Source: Gemmatimonadales bacterium
GTDB lineage: Bacteria > Gemmatimonadota > Gemmatimonadetes > Gemmatimonadales > GWC2-71-9
Direction: 5' to 3'
Assembly: GCA_037189525.1 (NCBI GenBank)
Contig: JBBCJC010000003.1
Location: 1-64,000, forward strand
DNA length: 64,000 bases
Below are positions 20,215 through 29,421 of the stretch, piece after piece (the stretch's first letter is position 1; each line of letters begins with the position of its first letter). The position numbers and the translations under genes are program-made. Under the pieces are notes generated by a model, which was not told the DNA's origin, made no database searches, and was given only the letters and a program-made list of their open reading frames with translations.

Positions 20215-22248
20215 CTACCGCGACTGTAGTTCGTTGAGGTACGTCCCGATTCCGACCTGATTGAGCCAAACGGGGTCAATCTCGTAGTACCGGCTCTTCA
20301 GGTAGCGGCCAGTCGTCGGAAAGTAGGGTGGCGGGTTGCTGGCGCCGCACTGGTCGTAGGTGTGGCCCGACGCCCAGCCGTAGCCCGTGCTGCTCGTGCC
20401 GGACCCGTAGGTTCGGAAGCCGGCCCAGTCCATCCGCGCGTATGCAATGCCGCCCGAAATTCGAATGCAGCCTGCCCGCGCTCCACCGCAGGTTTCCCCA
20501 GCTTCGGCGGGGATGGCCGGGCTGCCCGTCGGTCCATCGTATCCGGGAGTGCCATTGCTTTCCATGTCACTGCCGAAATTCGTCAGTGAGAGGAGGAACA
20601 TGTGGTAGTTCTCATCGGCCGGCGTATCGTCGAATCCGCCCCGGAACGTCCCGTTCACTTTGAAAGGAGTCTGGAGGTTGTTGTCTTGAGTGATAATGCC
20701 CTGAACGGCCAGGGCACCGAAGATGTCACCGGTTTCGCTGCAATTGGTGCCCGGAGGCGTCCAGTAGGTGAAGTCATCCTGGAGATTGATGATACCGGTC
20801 GACACGACCGTAACTCGTCCGCGGAGGCGACCGCTGATTGCGACATCGCCCGTAACGTAGATGACACCTTTGAAATTGGGATTCTTACCGAGTGGAATCC
20901 AATATTCCGCATCGCCACCACTGGCGATCGTACTCCGAACGGTGGTAACAGACGGGTGTGCTCCCAGGCGGCGGCGAATCCAGCGGCCGCCGTTAGCTCC
21001 AAGACCAGTGTTGGCGGTCGCTGGATCCGGTAGCAGTGTGTCGCCGGTAACGCTGCGGAACAGGCGCGGATCGCCGCCGAGAAAACAGCGCTTGTTGACA
21101 TAACCGGTTCCAGTTTCGCCACGGAAAACATCACGTACTTTTGTTCGCTTGTTAGACTCCGAACCGGACGTGTTATCGTAGATCGCCTGTGCGTTGCGGA
21201 ACGCGCCGCTGGCATTGGTTACGTACGCGCCACAGTTCGGCGAGAGCATGTTGGGGTCGTTATCCGAGTTGAAACCGCTGAGCGTCTGATTCCAGCGCCG
21301 TGCGTTTACATATGCCAGAGACGTATAGTTGAGATTGTTGCATTTGAAAATTCGGACGTATCCTTCGTCCCACTGGATGATGCCATCCTGGTTCGAGTCC
21401 AGGACCTGGAAGTCCAGCCGGGTGCAGGGCCGGTTCGTGCCGATGTTGCCGCCGGTGAGGTCATAGTCGCCGTTGGTGATGTCTGCATCTTCCGCAAATC
21501 TTCGCATCGTGCCAAGCTGAGCCGGCGTCGGCCAGGGCAACGCAGGGGTCCCGGTTGTATAACCCCGCGTGAAGTTGCCGGAGCCGGGATTGACGATGGA
21601 GCCAACCACTGTCACTTCCCCGGCAAACAGGGTCTTGGGTGAGGTGCACCCGGACTGAATCAGGAGGTCGTCGTTCGAGTGCAGCGGCCCCGTAATAGAC
21701 GATCCGCAGCCATAGGGAATGGAACTGGACCAGTTGTTTACGGCAACTGCGAATTTCGACCACGATTCCTGGGCAAACAGTCCCCGGCGGGCTGCGACGG
21801 CACCGCGGGGGTCATTGATAACGGACAGCACACTCATGTAGTTGCTGCCGTACTGACCGGATGTTGCCGGGCCACCGGTCCGCCCACCGGTTCGACCGGC
21901 GTAGACGGTCCGGGTATAGCCAGGAATCACATTGCCGCTGGCATCGAGGATCGTAGCGGCCGGCGCAATCACGATGTATCCCGTATCGGGCAGGATGGTC
22001 GAGTCCGGGAACGCCGCCGAGACGCGATTGATCTCGTCTCGGCCGATTTCGAGTCCGGCATCGGCTAGCGAGTGCAAGGCAGCCTCTCGGGCGGCAAAGC
22101 GGGAGGTCAACCCGCTCGCCCCGGCGATCATCACACCTCCGATTGCCATCGCGGCAACGGCCATGGTGATCAGCAGCGTCAGGATCAGTGCTACGCCGCG
22201 TTCATTGCGAATCATCGCAGTCATACCGTCGAATCCCTTCGTCGTCAT
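20215..22248 (-). CDS. PilX-like minor pilin with large C-terminal domain
   Basis: NERGVALILTLLI prepilin-like N-terminus lacking E5, LADAGLE; ATGA overlap with the upstream gene. Confidence 0.8.
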   Translation of the reverse strand: MTTKGFDGMTAMIRNERGVALILTLLITMAVAAMAIGGVMIAGASGLTSRFAAREAALHSLADAGLEIGRDEINRVSAAFPDSTILPDTGYIVIAPAATILDASGNVIPGYTRTVYAGRTGGRTGGPATSGQYGSNYMSVLSVINDPRGAVAARRGLFAQESWSKFAVAVNNWSSSIPYGCGSSITGPLHSNDDLLIQSGCTSPKTLFAGEVTVVGSIVNPGSGNFTRGYTTGTPALPWPTPAQLGTMRRFAEDADITNGDYDLTGGNIGTNRPCTRLDFQVLDSNQDGIIQWDEGYVRIFKCNNLNYTSLAYVNARRWNQTLSGFNSDNDPNMLSPNCGAYVTNASGAFRNAQAIYDNTSGSESNKRTKVRDVFRGETGTGYVNKRCFLGGDPRLFRSVTGDTLLPDPATANTGLGANGGRWIRRRLGAHPSVTTVRSTIASGGDAEYWIPLGKNPNFKGVIYVTGDVAISGRLRGRVTVVSTGIINLQDDFTYWTPPGTNCSETGDIFGALAVQGIITQDNNLQTPFKVNGTFRGGFDDTPADENYHMFLLSLTNFGSDMESNGTPGYDGPTGSPAIPAEAGETCGGARAGCIRISGGIAYARMDWAGFRTYGSGTSSTGYGWASGHTYDQCGASNPPPYFPTTGRYLKSRYYEIDPVWLNQVGIGTYLNELQSR

Positions 22249-23426
22249 GGTGCTACCGCCGTTGTCGAGACAACCGATGACGAGTTCGGCGTACAATCCT
22301 GAGCTACGACGCCAAATCGATAGGTACTTCCCGAGGCAAGGCCGCCGATCGGGGTTTCATAACTGACAGAGCTGTCCGCAGCTACCAGGATCAGGGGATC
22401 ACGCCAGACGGTTGCGGTATCGGGCCTGAGGTAGACGATGTACTGTCTGATGTCGTGCTCGCCGCCCTCGTGGTCAGGGGAGCGCGTCCACTGGAGCCAG
22501 ACGATTCCGCTGCCCGGGGCGGGGTCTGGTACAGCCGTTACCGCATTGGGGGGGAAGGGAGCGCGTCCGCAGACCACTGGACTGGGTAGTCCGTTGTTGG
22601 GGACCTGGATCAGTTGGGAAAAATCCCGAGTGCGCTCCTCTGCACCTGTTTTGCCGTTGGTGATCCGCAGATTGATCCGGATTGCCGTGACGCTGTCCGG
22701 TCGTACGGCGTTCGAGGAATCCGCCGAGGTAAACGTCGATTGGAGCACCCGTCGCTGGAGCGGGAGATCGGAGCCCGTCGCAATGACGAGGTTCGGAACA
22801 CCGATCGTCCGGCGGTGCAGGAAATATTGGAAAAACGGGCGTCCTGGATAGGCCAGGATGTTCCGGGCGATGTATTCACGCTGACCGCTGTTGGTTCGCT
22901 CCCAGAGGACATAGTCATCGGATCGCGCGGTCGTGGTGTCGAGCGAAAGCCAGAAGATCTTGGTTTCGGCCGGGCTGGGCAGGCCGCTCCCCAGCAAGAA
23001 CGTCTGGGGCGGATAGGTATACGATGTGTTCGGGATCGCCCCCGCATTCTCGAGACGCCATACCATGGCGTCCTCGGCTGGAATCGACGGATTCCAGTTC
23101 ACCGCCCAGCGGAAATCAGTGGTGTCCGATTCGGTGTAGTCGGTATTGAACGCGACTACGTCGTTACCGCCGTATACGAGCATCGGTTGCTGGCCCGTGA
23201 CGCCCGCTCCGAGCGTCCGGAGGATGCGCTCGACGTGCGTCACTGAATAGCGCGCGTTCTGAAGCACATCGATGCTTTCATTACCGCGCGCGAAACTGCG
23301 GCTTTGGGTTTGGAAGAACATCACGGTCGTGCCCATGATCAGCGTCAGCACGATCAGCGTGATCAACAACTCGACCAGCGAGAAACCGGCAGTGCTGCGA
23401 ATCCGAACAGCGGAGCGAGACGTCAT
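22245..23426 (-). CDS. PilW-like prepilin with C-terminal fibronectin type III-like domain
   Basis: GFSLVELLI; C-terminal LQWTRS...YIVY...LASGSTYRFGVVAQD. Confidence 0.82.
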   Translation of the reverse strand: MTSRSAVRIRSTAGFSLVELLITLIVLTLIMGTTVMFFQTQSRSFARGNESIDVLQNARYSVTHVERILRTLGAGVTGQQPMLVYGGNDVVAFNTDYTESDTTDFRWAVNWNPSIPAEDAMVWRLENAGAIPNTSYTYPPQTFLLGSGLPSPAETKIFWLSLDTTTARSDDYVLWERTNSGQREYIARNILAYPGRPFFQYFLHRRTIGVPNLVIATGSDLPLQRRVLQSTFTSADSSNAVRPDSVTAIRINLRITNGKTGAEERTRDFSQLIQVPNNGLPSPVVCGRAPFPPNAVTAVPDPAPGSGIVWLQWTRSPDHEGGEHDIRQYIVYLRPDTATVWRDPLILVAADSSVSYETPIGGLASGSTYRFGVVAQDCTPNSSSVVSTTAVAP

Positions 23427-23818
23427 GGACGTGCCATCACGGCGGTGAGACGCACCGTGTCCCGAGTAATGGGGGTCGTCGAAAAGACCCGGACCGTCAC
23501 GGTGGTCCGGTCTCGCGGGGGGGTGCCGGTCTGGTCGCGTACCACCGTAGTCACGCGCTGAATGCTGGCGTACCCGGGGAAGCCGGTGGTGTCTGCACTC
23601 GCTCCGGCGCCATAGAGCGCTGTCAGCTGCGTATATCGCGGATCGGCCCTTACCAGTTCGAGCCGCTCTTTGGCAATCGTCGTCATAGTCGAGAGCAGTG
23701 TCGCGGTTGACGTCGAGTGCTGATACTTCGCCATGAACTGGCCAAGGCCGGTGACTGCGATGGTCAGTACGACCACCGCAATGAGTACTTCGATCAGAGT
23801 GAAGCCGTCACGTTTCAT
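23423..23818 (-). CDS. PilV-like prepilin
   Basis: MKRDGFTLIEVLIAVVVL. Confidence 0.85.
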   Translation of the reverse strand: MKRDGFTLIEVLIAVVVLTIAVTGLGQFMAKYQHSTSTATLLSTMTTIAKERLELVRADPRYTQLTALYGAGASADTTGFPGYASIQRVTTVVRDQTGTPPRDRTTVTVRVFSTTPITRDTVRLTAVMARP

Positions 23819-23820
23819 CG

Positions 23821-24375
23821 TCACATCCTCGCGACCCAACTGCCGTTCAGGTACGTAAACGACGAGGCGCGTCCTGTCGCCCGCGTAATGACGAGAGCCC
23901 GGGCGTCCTTGTTGTTGCTGCCCGCGACGCCGCGATTCGAATTGAGAAAGATTGCCCCCGACTGGCTGGCGCTGCCGTCACGGCGGAAAATGATCTGTGT
24001 CACTTCGGTGCTCGGCGCCGGGGCGGGCAGAGCAGGTGCACTGTTCCGTTCGAAATTGAGCCCGGTTTCGAGTTGGAGCACTCGGCGGCGCTCGTTGGAC
24101 GAGAAGATGCCGTCGTTGTTGGCGTCCTCGTCCACGATCATCCGCCGGCCATCGCGGTCGATGGTGACCTGCACGTTGTGCTGGAGGCTGACCGCCAGCC
24201 GCTGCGCGTACGACAGCTGCATCGCGACCTGGCGCACCTCTCCATTGACCCGGTAGGCCATCCAATCGAGCCGGGGAATGGCCAGGGCCGCGATGACACC
24301 GAGAATGACGATCACCGTGAGCAACTCGCCGAGCGAGTACCCGCGCCGATCCGCCAACAGCGAACGAAATTGCAT
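23821..24375 (-). CDS. FimT/FimU (GspH)-like prepilin
   Basis: RRGYSLGELLTVIVILGVIAALAIPRL, YAQRLAV, IIFRRDG. Confidence 0.83.
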   Translation of the reverse strand: MQFRSLLADRRGYSLGELLTVIVILGVIAALAIPRLDWMAYRVNGEVRQVAMQLSYAQRLAVSLQHNVQVTIDRDGRRMIVDEDANNDGIFSSNERRRVLQLETGLNFERNSAPALPAPAPSTEVTQIIFRRDGSASQSGAIFLNSNRGVAGSNNKDARALVITRATGRASSFTYLNGSWVARM

Positions 24376-24442
24376 CCGACCCTCTCCAGCAGTCCGGGAA
24401 ACCCGCCGGTGGCGGGCTGTCCCGTAGGATACCTCCCCCACG

Positions 24443-24482
24443 GCAAAGTCCAAGCCAGGCGGCCAGGTGGCCTAAGTCGTTG
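24443..24482 (-). promoter_or_regulatory. Sigma54 (-24/-12) promoter with upstream IHF-like element, minor pilin operon
   Basis: Minus strand TGGCTTGGACTTTGC (GG-N10-GC) at 24457-24443; CAACGACTTA at 24482-24473. Confidence 0.65.
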
Positions 24483-24664
24483 CCCTGACGCATTCTCCGC
24501 CTGAGGCCACCGGGCCGGCCCTCCCTCAGGCAGCCCCTTTTCTGGCATCCTGCTGCGCGCAAATTATTGCTTGCCTGCAGGTTAGCCCACCTCTAATATT
24601 CGCCACCCGCCGGGGGCTCATTGGGCCCCCGGACCTGATTCTCCAGTTACCGCAGATCGGACTC

Positions 24665-25993
24665 ATGGCCGCCCCCCCGTTGATGGACAAGCTGGTTTCC
24701 CTCTGCAAGCGCCGCGGTTTCGTCTTCCAGTCGTCCGAGGTGTATGGCGGCCTCGGTTCGGTCTGGGATTATGGCCCGCTCGGCGTCGAGCTCAAGCGGA
24801 ACGTCAAGGACAGCTGGTGGCGCGCGCTGGTTCGCTCTCGCGACGATATCGAGGGTCTCGACGCGGCCATCCTGATGCATCCCAAGGTCTGGGAAGCCTC
24901 GGGGCATGTCTCGGGCTTTACCGATCCGCTGGTCGACTGCAAGCAGTGCCGTAACCGCTTTCGGGCCGATGACCCGCGGATCAAGGGCACGCCCGGGCAG
25001 CCGGACGGGCAGTGCCCCGTCTGCGGCACCAAGGGCAGTCTGACCGAGCCGCGGCTGTTCAACCTGATGTTCAAGACGTTCATGGGGCCCGTCGAAGAAC
25101 AGGCCGCCGTGGTCTATCTGCGCCCGGAAACGGCGCAGGGCATCTACGTCAACTACCTCAACGTGCTCAACAGCTCCCGGCAGCGGATCCCGTTCGGTAT
25201 CGCCCAGATCGGGAAGGCGTTCCGGAACGAGATCACGCCGGGCAACTTCATCTTCCGGACCCGCGAGTTCGAGCAGATGGAGATGCAGTTCTTCGTGAAA
25301 CCCGGTACCGACGACGAGTGGTTCGAGCGCTGGCGGGTGCTCCGGATGGCCTGGCATTGCGAGATCGGCCTCCGCCCCGAGAAGCTGCGCTGGCACGAAC
25401 ACGGCCCGACCGAACTGGCGCATTACGCCCGCGCCGCGTACGACATCGAGTACGAGTTTCCGTTTGGTTGGCATGAGATCGAAGGGATCCACAACCGGAC
25501 CGATTTCGATCTGCAGCGGCATCAGCAGCACTCCGGCAAGAAGCTCGAATATTTCGAGCAGAAGAGCGGCGATCGCTTCCTGCCGTACATCGTGGAAACA
25601 TCGGCAGGTGCGGATCGGGTCACGCTCGCGATGCTGGCCGATGCCTATCACGAGGAGGAGGTCGACGGCGAGACCCGCGTGGTGATGCGGTTTCACCCGA
25701 CCATGGCGCCGATCAAGGCGGCCGTGCTCCCGCTCGTCAACAAGGATCGGATGCCGGAAACGGCGACGGAACTCTACAACGATCTCCGCCGCACCCTGCC
25801 GATGTTCTACGACGACAGCGGAGCCATCGGCCGCCGCTACCGGCGAATGGATGAGGTCGGGACGCCGTTCAGCATCACGGTCGACGGGCAGACGGCCGAG
25901 GATGGGCAGGTTACCGTGCGGCACCGCGACACCATGCAGCAGGAGCGGATCGCGCTCGCGCAGGTGCGCGGGTACCTGCATGAACGGCTCTAG
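24665..25993 (+). CDS. glyQS: Glycine--tRNA ligase, alpha2 (GlyQS) type
   Basis: LCKRRGF, YLRPETAQG, FRNEITPGNFIFRTREFEQME, IGRRYRR. Confidence 0.97.
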   Translation: MAAPPLMDKLVSLCKRRGFVFQSSEVYGGLGSVWDYGPLGVELKRNVKDSWWRALVRSRDDIEGLDAAILMHPKVWEASGHVSGFTDPLVDCKQCRNRFRADDPRIKGTPGQPDGQCPVCGTKGSLTEPRLFNLMFKTFMGPVEEQAAVVYLRPETAQGIYVNYLNVLNSSRQRIPFGIAQIGKAFRNEITPGNFIFRTREFEQMEMQFFVKPGTDDEWFERWRVLRMAWHCEIGLRPEKLRWHEHGPTELAHYARAAYDIEYEFPFGWHEIEGIHNRTDFDLQRHQQHSGKKLEYFEQKSGDRFLPYIVETSAGADRVTLAMLADAYHEEEVDGETRVVMRFHPTMAPIKAAVLPLVNKDRMPETATELYNDLRRTLPMFYDDSGAIGRRYRRMDEVGTPFSITVDGQTAEDGQVTVRHRDTMQQERIALAQVRGYLHERL

Positions 25994-25999
25994 CTGCGC

Positions 26000-26689
26000 A
26001 TGACGCTGGCCGAGTTCGAGGGGCTGGTTGCCTCGCTTGCCGAGCAGATTCCGGAGGAGTTTTTGTCAGGAATCGCGGAGATCGTGGTGTCGCCCCGCAC
26101 GGTGACGCACCCCGATCGCGAGGACATCTATACCCTGGGTGAGTGCATCGCTCTGCCGACCACCAGCGACGCGCCCGAGGCAACCAACAGCCGGGTCGTG
26201 CTGTACTATGGCTCGTTTGCCGCCCTGGCCCGGGATCGGGACGACTTCGATTGGCAGGAAGAGGCCTGGGAGACCCTGACCCACGAGATCCGCCACCATG
26301 TCGAATGGCGGGCTCGGGACCCCGGCCTCGAGTGGCTCGACGAGGCCGTCGAACAGAACTACGCCCGGATGGCCGGAGAGCCGTTCGACCCGACCTTTTA
26401 CCGTGACGGCGAGCCGGAAGACGGCGGGCTGTTCCGGCTCGAGGACGATTACTTTATGGAGGTCGAACGGGAGGAGGCCGGCGGCCAATTCCGGTTCGTG
26501 TGGGGCGACCGGCGGTATCGGGTCGAGCTCCCGTCGGATCTGCGGCCGCCCGCATTTCTGTCGGTCCAGGGACTCGAGACCCCGCCTCCCGGCGAGTTCG
26601 TCCTGGTCGTCGTCCGGCCGGCTCGGCTGGTGGATGTGATCCGGACGCCGGTGGCCGATCAGCGGGAAATCTGGGCGGAGCTGGAGTGA
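26000..26689 (+). CDS. Zincin-like metallopeptidase family protein
   Basis: HEIRHH (HExxH), TLGEC, VVLYYGSF. Confidence 0.75.
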   Translation: MTLAEFEGLVASLAEQIPEEFLSGIAEIVVSPRTVTHPDREDIYTLGECIALPTTSDAPEATNSRVVLYYGSFAALARDRDDFDWQEEAWETLTHEIRHHVEWRARDPGLEWLDEAVEQNYARMAGEPFDPTFYRDGEPEDGGLFRLEDDYFMEVEREEAGGQFRFVWGDRRYRVELPSDLRPPAFLSVQGLETPPPGEFVLVVVRPARLVDVIRTPVADQREIWAELE

Positions 26690-26700
26690 AGGAGGCAGGC

Positions 26701-27864
26701 ATGATGCGGAACCTCTGGACGGCAGGTGCACTGGTCGGAGCGCTCGCGTTGAGCGGCGCGACGGCAGATGCGCAGCAGAAGTACCAGGTTGGCATCGTCA
26801 GCGAATCGGGCGACATCGTGACCTGGTTCCGTCCCGATGGCCCCAACCTGGTGGTCGATCGCGTCGTGCCGGTCGGCATCAAGCCCGCCGATATCGACGG
26901 ACCCCATGGCATCGCGATGGCGCCCGACATGAAGTCGTACTTCGTGACCGTGGCCCACGGCGTGCCCTATGGGACGCTCTGGCAGTTCGATGCGGCAACC
27001 GACCAGTTCATGGGCAAGGCGCTTGCCGAGCATTTTCCGACCACGATCTCGGTGACACCCGACGGCGAATTCGCCTTCGTGGCCAATTCCGATTTCCATG
27101 GCGATCGGCCGCGGGTCAACGTCGTGTCCGTGGTGCACGTGCCGACCATGACCAAGATCTTCGACCTGCCCGCCTGCGACATGCCGCACGGGATGCGCGT
27201 CAACCACGCCGGCACCCGGGCCTACGCGACTTGCATGCACAGCGACGAGGTGCTGGAGATCGACGTCAATACCTTCGCGATCTCCCGTCGGGTCCGCACG
27301 GGTAAAGGGCACAGCATGGCAGGCGCCCCGGCGACGGGACACGCCGCCGGCCACACGCAGCACGATGCGTCGCACGGTACGCCACCCTCCGGCGGGACCG
27401 TGGTCGAGCCGCCTGCTGCGCTGATGAACAAGGAATGCGCCGGGACCTATGTCTCGGTCTCGGCCGACGACAAGACGCTGTACGTCGCCTGCAATAACGG
27501 CAATACCGTCCAGGTTTGGGATGCGGAGACCCTGCAGTTCCGCCGCGAGGTGGCGGTCGGCGCCGGGGCGTACAATCTCGAACCGTCGCCGGACGGCTCG
27601 GTCGTGATCGTGACGAACAAGAAGGATCAGAGTTTCAGCATCGTCGACACCAAGACCTGGACCGAAGCGGCCCGGATCAAGACGACCAAGAAGGTCGTCC
27701 ACGGCGTCGTCTTCTCCCCCGACGGGAAGTATGCCTACGTGTCGCAGGAGTCGATCGGATCCGATCCGGGCGCCATCGACGTGGTCGATCTGGCCACGCG
27801 CAAAGTGGTCAGCACTGTGCCGGTTCCTGCGCAACCGACCGGCCTCACCATCAGACGGATGTAA
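26701..27864 (+). CDS. Secreted YVTN/YncE-like beta-propeller protein
   Basis: Signal peptide ending ADA-Q; repeated PHG / xSPDG / FVAN-type blades; SD AAGGAGG. Confidence 0.82.
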   Translation: MMRNLWTAGALVGALALSGATADAQQKYQVGIVSESGDIVTWFRPDGPNLVVDRVVPVGIKPADIDGPHGIAMAPDMKSYFVTVAHGVPYGTLWQFDAATDQFMGKALAEHFPTTISVTPDGEFAFVANSDFHGDRPRVNVVSVVHVPTMTKIFDLPACDMPHGMRVNHAGTRAYATCMHSDEVLEIDVNTFAISRRVRTGKGHSMAGAPATGHAAGHTQHDASHGTPPSGGTVVEPPAALMNKECAGTYVSVSADDKTLYVACNNGNTVQVWDAETLQFRREVAVGAGAYNLEPSPDGSVVIVTNKKDQSFSIVDTKTWTEAARIKTTKKVVHGVVFSPDGKYAYVSQESIGSDPGAIDVVDLATRKVVSTVPVPAQPTGLTIRRM

Positions 27865-27879
27865 CGGTATCCACGCGCC

Positions 27880-28146
27880 ATGATCCACGAGACGACGACC
27901 AGCCTGACGGCCGCCGAAGTGATTGCGCGAGCCAAAGTGTTCTTTGCCGAGCGAGTGCCCAACCAGGCGGCCTTTCCCGAGAAGGAAGGCGCCGACTATC
28001 TGACCCTGCGCGGGCAGGGCGGTGAAGAGATCTCCATCGCCATCGTGTCCGCCGACCAGGGCGACCATCGGGTCCGCGCCTCGACCCTCTTCTTCGATCA
28101 GGGCGTGGGCCGCTTTCTCAACACCCTGCCGGGACGGGCCGCATGA
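27880..28146 (+). CDS. Hypothetical protein, 88 aa
   Basis: Typical codon usage; ATGA overlap with the next gene. Confidence 0.75.
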   Translation: MIHETTTSLTAAEVIARAKVFFAERVPNQAAFPEKEGADYLTLRGQGGEEISIAIVSADQGDHRVRASTLFFDQGVGRFLNTLPGRAA

Positions 28147-28400
28147 CGACGATTCCGGTTCGCGTGACGGTGCTCGACACCTGGGATGAGATTGCCCTCA
28201 ATGTGCCGGCCGACGTCCGGGTGAGCGACGTCAAGGCGCGCGCCCTGGCCCAGGCCAAGATCCGGTCCTCGCCCGACCAGTATCTGGTCAAGTTCCGCGG
28301 TGCGGAGGTACCGGAAGGGTCGGCGACGATGGCCGACGCGGGCGTCGTGCCGAACGGCGCCCTGATCGTGCTGCGGCGCCATCGGCGGCCGATCCGGTGA
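28143..28400 (+). CDS. Ubiquitin-like (beta-grasp, YukD/EsaB-like) protein, 85 aa
   Basis: Pattern VRVTV..EIALNV..VSDVKARAL..YLVKFRGAEV..TMADAGV..GALIVL follows ubiquitin topology; no terminal GG. Confidence 0.7.
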   Translation: MTTIPVRVTVLDTWDEIALNVPADVRVSDVKARALAQAKIRSSPDQYLVKFRGAEVPEGSATMADAGVVPNGALIVLRRHRRPIR

Positions 28401-28428
28401 GTCGCACCGCCCAAGCCATCCGGTGCCG

Positions 28429-29322
28429 ATGATCGCGCCGGTCTTTACGCATTCGCGCTGTCCGGATCACGTGGTCCGGACCGGCCACCCGGAATCTCCC
28501 CGACGGATCCAGACACTGCTCGAGCGGGTTCGCAGTGTCGATGCCACCGCGGTCCGCGAGGCGGAGCCTGCTTCCCGCGCCGTGGTCGAACGGGTCCACC
28601 CGGCAGCCTATCTCGACCATCTCGAGGCCACGGCAGCGGCGGGCGGCGGAGTGCTCGATGCCGATACCGCCATGAATCAGGCCAGCTTCGAGGCTGCCAT
28701 GGGCGGCGCCGGAGCGACGCTTGCCGCGCTGGAGTCGGCCATCGGCGGGCAACCGGCCTTTGCCGCGGTGCGCCCTCCGGGACACCACGCCCTGGCCGAT
28801 ACCGCCATGGGGTTCTGCCTGCTCGGCAATGTGGTCATCGCGGCCCGGGAAGCGCAGACGTACGGGATCGATCGCGTGCTGATCGTGGATTGGGACGTGC
28901 ATCACGGCAACGGGACGCAGGCCCTGGTCGAGCAGGATCCGGCCATCCGCTTCATTTCGATGCATCAATGGCCGCACTGGCCCTTCAGCGGCTGGCGCGA
29001 TGAGCGAGGCGTGGGGAACGTGACCAACCTCCCCATGCGGGCCGGGCTCCCGGCCGAGGAGTATCTCGAGACACTCTGGAACGCGATCCGGCAGGCAACC
29101 GAGAATTGGACGCCCGGCGCGATTCTGCTGTCCGCCGGCTTCGACTCGATGCGAGGCGATCTGCTGGGTGGCTTTACCCTGGAGCCCGAACACTACGCCA
29201 CCTGGGTCAGCCGCATTCGCACCACGTTTCCCGATGTGCCGCTCATGGCCGTGCTGGAAGGCGGTTACGTGCCGCACCGGCTCGCCGACGGCGCCGAAGC
29301 CGTCCTGCGTGCCATGGCATAG
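28429..29322 (+). CDS. Histone deacetylase family protein
   Basis: HPESP, RPPGHHA, DWDVHHGNGTQ, SAGFD, LEGGY. Confidence 0.95.
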   Translation: MIAPVFTHSRCPDHVVRTGHPESPRRIQTLLERVRSVDATAVREAEPASRAVVERVHPAAYLDHLEATAAAGGGVLDADTAMNQASFEAAMGGAGATLAALESAIGGQPAFAAVRPPGHHALADTAMGFCLLGNVVIAAREAQTYGIDRVLIVDWDVHHGNGTQALVEQDPAIRFISMHQWPHWPFSGWRDERGVGNVTNLPMRAGLPAEEYLETLWNAIRQATENWTPGAILLSAGFDSMRGDLLGGFTLEPEHYATWVSRIRTTFPDVPLMAVLEGGYVPHRLADGAEAVLRAMA

Positions 29323-29421
29323 TCCGCATTGGCATTGTGTCCACGAACGGATACAATTCACGCCGTTCGTGGAACCCCCGATCCCCCCCTTCATTGGCGT
29401 CGTAAACCGAGAGGCTTTCCC

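Noticed and set aside
24543..24556. TGGCATCCTGCTGC as a sigma54 promoter for glyQS
   Set aside because: GG-GC spacing is 9, not the required 10
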